A DNA stretch of 11,995 bases from Pseudobdellovibrionaceae bacterium (GTDB lineage Bacteria; Bdellovibrionota; Bdellovibrionia; Bdellovibrionales; Bdellovibrionaceae): positions 1 to 11,995 of the forward strand of contig JBDHWW010000074.1 in assembly GCA_039810425.1 (NCBI GenBank), written 5' to 3'. Position numbers and translations under genes: made by a program. Each line of letters opens with the position of its first letter. Position 1 is the stretch's first letter. Of this stretch, positions 7,781-11,995 are shown in pieces. The notes below the pieces were generated by a model. The model did no database searches. It saw only the letters and a list, made by a program, of their open reading frames with translations, and was not told the DNA's origin.

Positions 7781-9406
7781 ATGAGTAAGCCGATTAACGC
7801 ATTGTTTTGTTTATTAACCGTAGCCGCACTAGCGGGATGCTCTGGGGCTGGTGGCAGCGGTAATGGCCGTGAGGTCGGCCCACAGAACAAAGAAGAAGCC
7901 ATTTCAAAGCTGTCTCCTTCTCACAAACAAAACTTTGAAAACTGGAAGCAGCAAGTTGTTAAGGCCTGCGATGCTTCTCAAGCGTTTGGCCTAAACACAG
8001 ACAGAAAAAATGAGTCTGAAGGAATTGACGGCGCGGCCCTCATTCAAAGCAATGGTGGATCACTGATTTTCTCGGACAACGGTAGTCTCGCAATTGTGAC
8101 CTCGTACAACTCCTTCGCTGGTGTCGGCACAACGAAAGCAGAAGAGTCCGAACAAGTTAACGGCCAAGGCTATACAATTACTGCGGAAACAAAGCGCGAA
8201 GGTTCGCGCTGCGCAATTTTTCTCTACGGGCAAAAAGTTTATGAAACCTACGTTGCCGAAAGCTTTGTTATCGGAACCCAGTGGACCACAGGCAAAGAAG
8301 CAAGATCCACCTCAGGAATTCCACAAATCAAAACGCTTGGAACATCCGGTGCTAGTGAAGTCGTTCAACAAGGTATTTTTAGTTTGTTAGTGCAAACTTT
8401 GAAGCCTTCCAAAGAGGCGCTAACCCTTATGTCGAAAAAGCTCGGCTTGAAGGAAGAACAAACAGCGAAACTTTTTAAACTTAGCAATTATTCTTCAGCG
8501 GATTCAGCGATCCGAATCGAAAACGAGTCTTCTGCTATCTGGAGCAACCAAGAAAGCGGTACCCTGATCGCCAGCGGTAATGTTCTAAAGAAAGCGTTTG
8601 ATGGAACAAGTCGAACACTACCGCTCGAAGTGCGCCTTGGAGTTCCGAGTTTTACCTTTGGCGAAACAAAAAATACTGCCGATAACGGCAATTTGAAATT
8701 GGCTGTCGATGTTTCTGTTTCTAAGAAAGACGCGACCTTCAACTATTCAACTACCACGGTCGAGCTTCAAGGTCTTGCCGCTTTCGATAGAAATGAGGCG
8801 ATTGAGTGTTCTCGGGATAGAGCTTCTGCTTATGTCGGTAACACGAATAGCATCAACCAAATCCAGCCATCAGTTCAGGTGATGTTGAGCCCTTGCCGCA
8901 CTCTTTATTCGGATATCGAAACGGCGGCTTACGAAAATGGGTTGATGAAGTCTCTCATTCCGCAAATGTTCGCGGGAGTTTCACCTAGCGCACAGTTTCA
9001 GTACGGCGGATGGGATCAAGTTTTATCGAAGCTTGCGCGCGAGGCGCTGGATCAGAATAAAAATATTCGCTCAGAAATTGACCCTTCTACTAGAACGAGA
9101 ATTGTCGGCATTGTTGCTGACCATCTTGAGGCTTTGAAGCGCGAGATTGATCGCACAAAAAATATGAGCCAGTCCCAAGACTCCGTCCTTCAAATGGGAT
9201 TGGATTGGTCTTTCCGAGGCCAAGTTGTCCCCCCAGTTCGAATTGGACAAATTCTTCAAGCCGTGGATAATTCCATCGATACGTTCAAAGTGTCTTCGGA
9301 GAGATTGCTTGCAGATCTTGGTCGACAGCCGAATACCAGCGACGATCAATTATCTTTCGCTCAGAATATTGATGGCACATATAAAGCCAAGCGATTAAGT
9401 CGTTGA
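7781..9406 (+). CDS. Large lipoprotein of unknown function, N-terminal part (frameshifted near 9383-9390; continues in 9403-10431)
   Basis: AGGAGG at 7771-7776 before ATG 7781. Signal peptide MSKPINALFCLLTVAALAG|C with lipobox LAGC (Cys at 7838-7840), followed by a Gly/Ser linker. Confidence 0.85.
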   Translation: MSKPINALFCLLTVAALAGCSGAGGSGNGREVGPQNKEEAISKLSPSHKQNFENWKQQVVKACDASQAFGLNTDRKNESEGIDGAALIQSNGGSLIFSDNGSLAIVTSYNSFAGVGTTKAEESEQVNGQGYTITAETKREGSRCAIFLYGQKVYETYVAESFVIGTQWTTGKEARSTSGIPQIKTLGTSGASEVVQQGIFSLLVQTLKPSKEALTLMSKKLGLKEEQTAKLFKLSNYSSADSAIRIENESSAIWSNQESGTLIASGNVLKKAFDGTSRTLPLEVRLGVPSFTFGETKNTADNGNLKLAVDVSVSKKDATFNYSTTTVELQGLAAFDRNEAIECSRDRASAYVGNTNSINQIQPSVQVMLSPCRTLYSDIETAAYENGLMKSLIPQMFAGVSPSAQFQYGGWDQVLSKLAREALDQNKNIRSEIDPSTRTRIVGIVADHLEALKREIDRTKNMSQSQDSVLQMGLDWSFRGQVVPPVRIGQILQAVDNSIDTFKVSSERLLADLGRQPNTSDDQLSFAQNIDGTYKAKRLSR

Positions 9407-9885
9407 GCCTTTCCAAAGACTTAAATTACTCGGATTATGAGCGAGATGTTTTTAATCAAGTTATCCAGCGAAAAACTTCGGTGGAGGAGTTCAAAGACTG
9501 GGCGACAAAATTCAGCGGAATCAAAACTGAGATCAGCAAATATTCAAATATTGGACCTGTAAAAGGCGACATGGTGGGCCTTTCAATAAAATGGCTGAAA
9601 TCCGGTGAGACCAGCTTGCAGGATCTTGGACCTATTTACGCTGCAGTAGATAACTCGGTCGTTCCTTTCGAGGACAGTACTCGGGATTTAGTGCGAAGCC
9701 TGTCGCAGTCGCTCGCAGGCAACAAAGATGCTCTCGATTTTGCCAAATCATTGTCACCTGAATACAAACAGCTTGCGGTTGCTATCCGCGATAACTCTAA
9801 AGCAGCGGAATATGAAAGTTGGGGTCAATCCTTCTTTAAATCGGTGCTTCAAAAGCGGCCTAGCGTCGATCAACTTCGCTCTTGG
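9137..9885 (+). repeat. Two-copy tandem protein repeat of ~128 aa inside the lipoprotein
   Basis: K.EI....N...W...G...G.I..AVDNS...F..S...L...L...D.L.FA......YK........SK...Y.......F..V.Q...SV......W occurs twice. The AVDNS copies start at 9260 and 9643 (383 nt apart, i.e. 384 minus 1). Confidence 0.85.
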
Positions 9886-10431
9886 AATGAGATGTGGAAT
9901 GCCGCGCTTACATTTACTCAGCGAGAAAAATCACGGACACAAGGAGAGTTTGGCTCGGCAAATGAATGGAACCGAAAGAAACTTATCGAAGTAGCTGTGA
10001 ACGAGTCATGGTCGAACGCGGAGTTTACAGGATTAGAGACTATTGCTGAAACAGCTCGGGCGAAAAACACTTGTGATAGATACAAGGGCTACAGCTCGCT
10101 CGCTGACTGTGGCGGTATGCGTTTGTTCAGCAAACAAAAAGGTATGTTCTTTGATCCCAAACTTGGTGGCCGTTACGTTGGGCTTGGACGCGATTTTGCG
10201 GCCTACATGAATCAACTGGCGGGCTTTGATTGGACGACGCTCCGTTGGTCGCTGATCGGTGAGTTCTTTGGGTCGTTCGATCCGATCTGGTCGAAGTGCG
10301 ATCAAAACTCTTTCAACCAAAAGGCAGCTACGCTCAAGGCGCAGATCAATGCAATTGCGCGCGAGACCGATCAATTCAAGAAATGGGAACTTGAACGGCA
10401 AATCAAGGACACTGTCCGCAATTGCCAGTAA
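9403..10431 (+). CDS. C-terminal, helical part of the same lipoprotein (probably not an independent gene)
   Basis: TTG start with no SD; frame is open back to 9385. The internal repeat aligns without gaps across the junction once one base is restored. Confidence 0.8.
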   Translation: MSLSKDLNYSDYERDVFNQVIQRKTSVEEFKDWATKFSGIKTEISKYSNIGPVKGDMVGLSIKWLKSGETSLQDLGPIYAAVDNSVVPFEDSTRDLVRSLSQSLAGNKDALDFAKSLSPEYKQLAVAIRDNSKAAEYESWGQSFFKSVLQKRPSVDQLRSWNEMWNAALTFTQREKSRTQGEFGSANEWNRKKLIEVAVNESWSNAEFTGLETIAETARAKNTCDRYKGYSSLADCGGMRLFSKQKGMFFDPKLGGRYVGLGRDFAAYMNQLAGFDWTTLRWSLIGEFFGSFDPIWSKCDQNSFNQKAATLKAQINAIARETDQFKKWELERQIKDTVRNCQ

Positions 10432-10460
10432 GCTTATAAGTTTCTGAGTTTGGTTAGATG

Positions 10461-10493
10461 AAAAAAGCCGCCATCCGTTTTTAGTGGGCGGCT
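10461..10493 (-). terminator. Rho-independent terminator oriented for the minus strand (may act bidirectionally)
   Basis: AGCCGCC(10466-10472)/GGCGGCT(10487-10493) GC-rich stem with an A6 run at 10461-10466, a U-tract on the minus strand. Confidence 0.6.
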
Positions 10494-10520
10494 AAATTCC
10501 GGCAACAAGCCAAAAACCAA

Positions 10521-10776
10521 CGATTACGAACGCAAATTGAGTCCTTAGTGCTTTCTGATTTTGGGGATATGATTGTCTCAGATCAAGGAGGTATCAATCT
10601 TTACGAAACAGTCTCCGAAGGGAAAATCGCCTTTGTCTTTCTAGATTCCCGCCGGTATGGCTACGAATCAGTCCAGAGTTTGTGATTCACCCAAACGTCA
10701 TTAAATCCTTGAGAGTCGGCAAATGCGTCTGCGTGAAGAAATACCCTGAATCTAGAGCGTACTTGGTAAGCGTTGC
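10521..10776 (+). pseudogene. Internally deleted remnant of a VirD4/TraD-like type IV coupling protein (two frames)
   Basis: 10521-10661 reads RLRTQIESLVLSDFGDMIVSDQGGINLYETVSEGKIAFVFLDSRRYG. 10661-10776, in another frame, reads LRISPEFVIHPNVIKSLRVGKCVCVKKYPESRAYLVSV. Both resemble the TraD/TraG C-terminal domain. No start codon or Walker motifs remain. Not in the ORF track. Confidence 0.7.
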
Positions 10777-11174
10777 ACCTATCTCGCATTCCCAAGCCTT
10801 CCCAAAACTGTGATTATTTTTGGCTCCGGCTTTTTGGTTTGTTCACTGGAGCACCACCGATTTTTAGATCGAGGTCGCGTACTTTATTGGGGTGACATCG
10901 ATGCTCATGGGCTTGAAATTTTATCGCTTATGCGGGAGCAATTTCCACATACAGAAACGTTTTTAATGTCCGAAGAGGTTTTGAACACTCATTGGAACGG
11001 AACAAGGGAAAGGCCTCGGAGAGAATCAACGATCCAACAGCGCTGTCACCGGCAGAACTTAAGCTTTATAAGCTTATCAAGAATGGGGAAAAGCGCCTCG
11101 AACAAGAAAAGATCCCTGCGAAGGCCATCTCTGAAGGTATTGAACAACTTAGAGCGAGCCCTCTTATAAATTAA
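10777..11174 (+). pseudogene. jetD: 5'-truncated, frameshifted Wadjet JetD-like (DUF2220 Toprim) C-terminal fragment
   Basis: TYLAFPSLPKTVIIFGSGF...VLYWGDIDAHGLEILSLMREQFP..ETFLMSEE, then after a frameshift near 10995-11010, LSPAELKLYKLIKNGEKRLEQEKIP. YWGD(I)DxxG and RLEQE are DUF2220 hallmarks. The upstream 'EN' Toprim glutamate and the N-terminal domain are absent. Confidence 0.85.
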
Positions 11175-11539
11175 GCAGCCTTCAGATCAAACTCGATCTG
11201 TTCGTACTCTACGACTGGGGTCTTCACAGTTCGACCGCTTACTGTAGATGTTTTGATCTTGATAGCACCAACAATCTCAAAAAATAGAATGAGCTTATTC
11301 AGATTGGAAACATCCATATCTACGAGCTTCGCCAGCTCGTAGACTGACTTCGGCTTGTGCACCAAAATTGCCGATAAAATCCCGAGGTTCCTCACAAAGC
11401 GATCGAAGTCTTTCTTGTTATCAAAGGAGAGCTCAAAATGATCGCCCTTCAGACGTCCTTTGCGGGCATCCTTCAGGGCTTTCTTAAAATCTGACAGAGT
11501 TTCACTGGAAGATTTAATGGACACGATCAGTTTTTTCAT
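11171..11539 (-). CDS. HVO_A0114-like winged-helix DNA-binding protein, putative antitoxin/autoregulator
   Basis: 'LSFDN...KPKSVYELAKLVDMDVSNLNK...GAI...GRTVKTPVVEYEQIEFDL' pattern. GGAG SD. ATGA overlap with the upstream gene at 11536-11539. Confidence 0.75.
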   Translation of the reverse strand: MKKLIVSIKSSSETLSDFKKALKDARKGRLKGDHFELSFDNKKDFDRFVRNLGILSAILVHKPKSVYELAKLVDMDVSNLNKLILFFEIVGAIKIKTSTVSGRTVKTPVVEYEQIEFDLKAA

Positions 11540-11826
11540 AGCTTCACTCCTAACTCTTTAAGGACCATCATCTCAAAGTCAGCGATCAGTTTGTCGTCGT
11601 TGGTGTAATCGTAAGAAAACTCACGATCACTAATGTGCACATAGGGACCCTTCGGATGGTGATTGTCCAAAAGGACATAGTCACAACTTTTAAGATCCTT
11701 ACAAATCAACCCATACTTGATACCGTCCGGGTACTTGGACGACTTGCCAACCTCATATATCGAAAGTTCCACCACGTATCGGTCATGAATCTTATTCTTG
11801 ATGTAATACTTGAGGTGGGCCTTCAT
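11536..11826 (-). CDS. DUF6516 / TumE-family putative toxin
   Basis: 96 aa with 'YPDGIKYGL...LLDNHHPKGPYVH....EFSYDY....KLIADF', matching the family pattern P.G.KY.L / DN...KG.H.H / E..Y.F....L..DF. Translationally coupled to a wHTH gene. Confidence 0.78.
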   Translation of the reverse strand: MKAHLKYYIKNKIHDRYVVELSIYEVGKSSKYPDGIKYGLICKDLKSCDYVLLDNHHPKGPYVHISDREFSYDYTNDDKLIADFEMMVLKELGVKL

Positions 11827-11866
11827 ATTGGTACAGTAACACCATTATGGGTATATGTAAACCAAT
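11827..11866 (-). promoter_or_regulatory. Sigma70-type promoter (probably leaderless) overlapped by two tandem palindromic operators
   Basis: Minus strand: TTTACA (11861-11856), 17 nt, TACTGT (11838-11833) with extended -10 TG, 6 nt, then ATG 11826; no SD. Operators on + strand: ATTGGT-N8-ACCATT (11827-11846) and ATGGGT-N8-ACCAAT (11847-11866). Confidence 0.7.
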
Positions 11867-11995
11867 ATATTTGCCTTAATATGATCCAAGTGTTGATCAG
11901 GGAAAAGGTAAAAAGGAAACCTCCATATCCACTTGACTGGCGTTAGCGTGCCAAGCTTAATAGGCGCGACATGGAGTTCCCCAAAACCCTTCCAG

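Noticed and set aside
9376..9406. Programmed ribosomal frameshift or phase-variable tract
   Set aside because: No X XXY YYZ heptamer and no long homopolymer or simple repeat at the junction.
11635..11946. 103-aa plus-strand ORF
   Set aside because: Antisense to the DUF6516 gene and its promoter; no motif.
11938..11953. Sigma54 promoter on the minus strand (TTGGCACG...)
   Set aside because: GG-to-GC spacing is 9 nt rather than 10, and there is no TTGC.
1..11995. CRISPR array, tRNA/rRNA, IS/transposase, integrase or att sites
   Set aside because: No regularly spaced nucleotide repeats, RNA-gene signatures or recombinase motifs seen by eye.

Overview
The window has two parts. Left (1-5992, + strand) is an apparent operon: the 3' end of a large uncharacterised protein, three class III (type IV prepilin-type) signal-peptide proteins of about 325, 992 and 237 aa, and a two-TM/HAMP-only membrane protein. 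The ~1000-aa pilin-like protein carries Ig-like beta domains and shares a 6-Cys head domain with its small neighbour. The style of these pilin-like genes suggests a Bdellovibrionota/Oligoflexia-type host (inference). Right (6104-11995) is an accessory, partly decaying region. It holds an MDR-family NADP-dependent oxidoreductase (-) and an ~880-aa lipoprotein split by a 1-bp frameshift inside a 128-aa tandem repeat. Next is a collapsed relic in which fragments of a VirD4/TraD-like coupling protein abut a truncated, frameshifted Wadjet JetD (DUF2220 Toprim) fragment. Last is a DUF6516(TumE)/HVO_A0114-like wHTH toxin-antitoxin-type pair with a probably leaderless sigma70 promoter covered by two tandem 20-bp palindromes. 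Family names come from motif recognition by eye, not from database searches.
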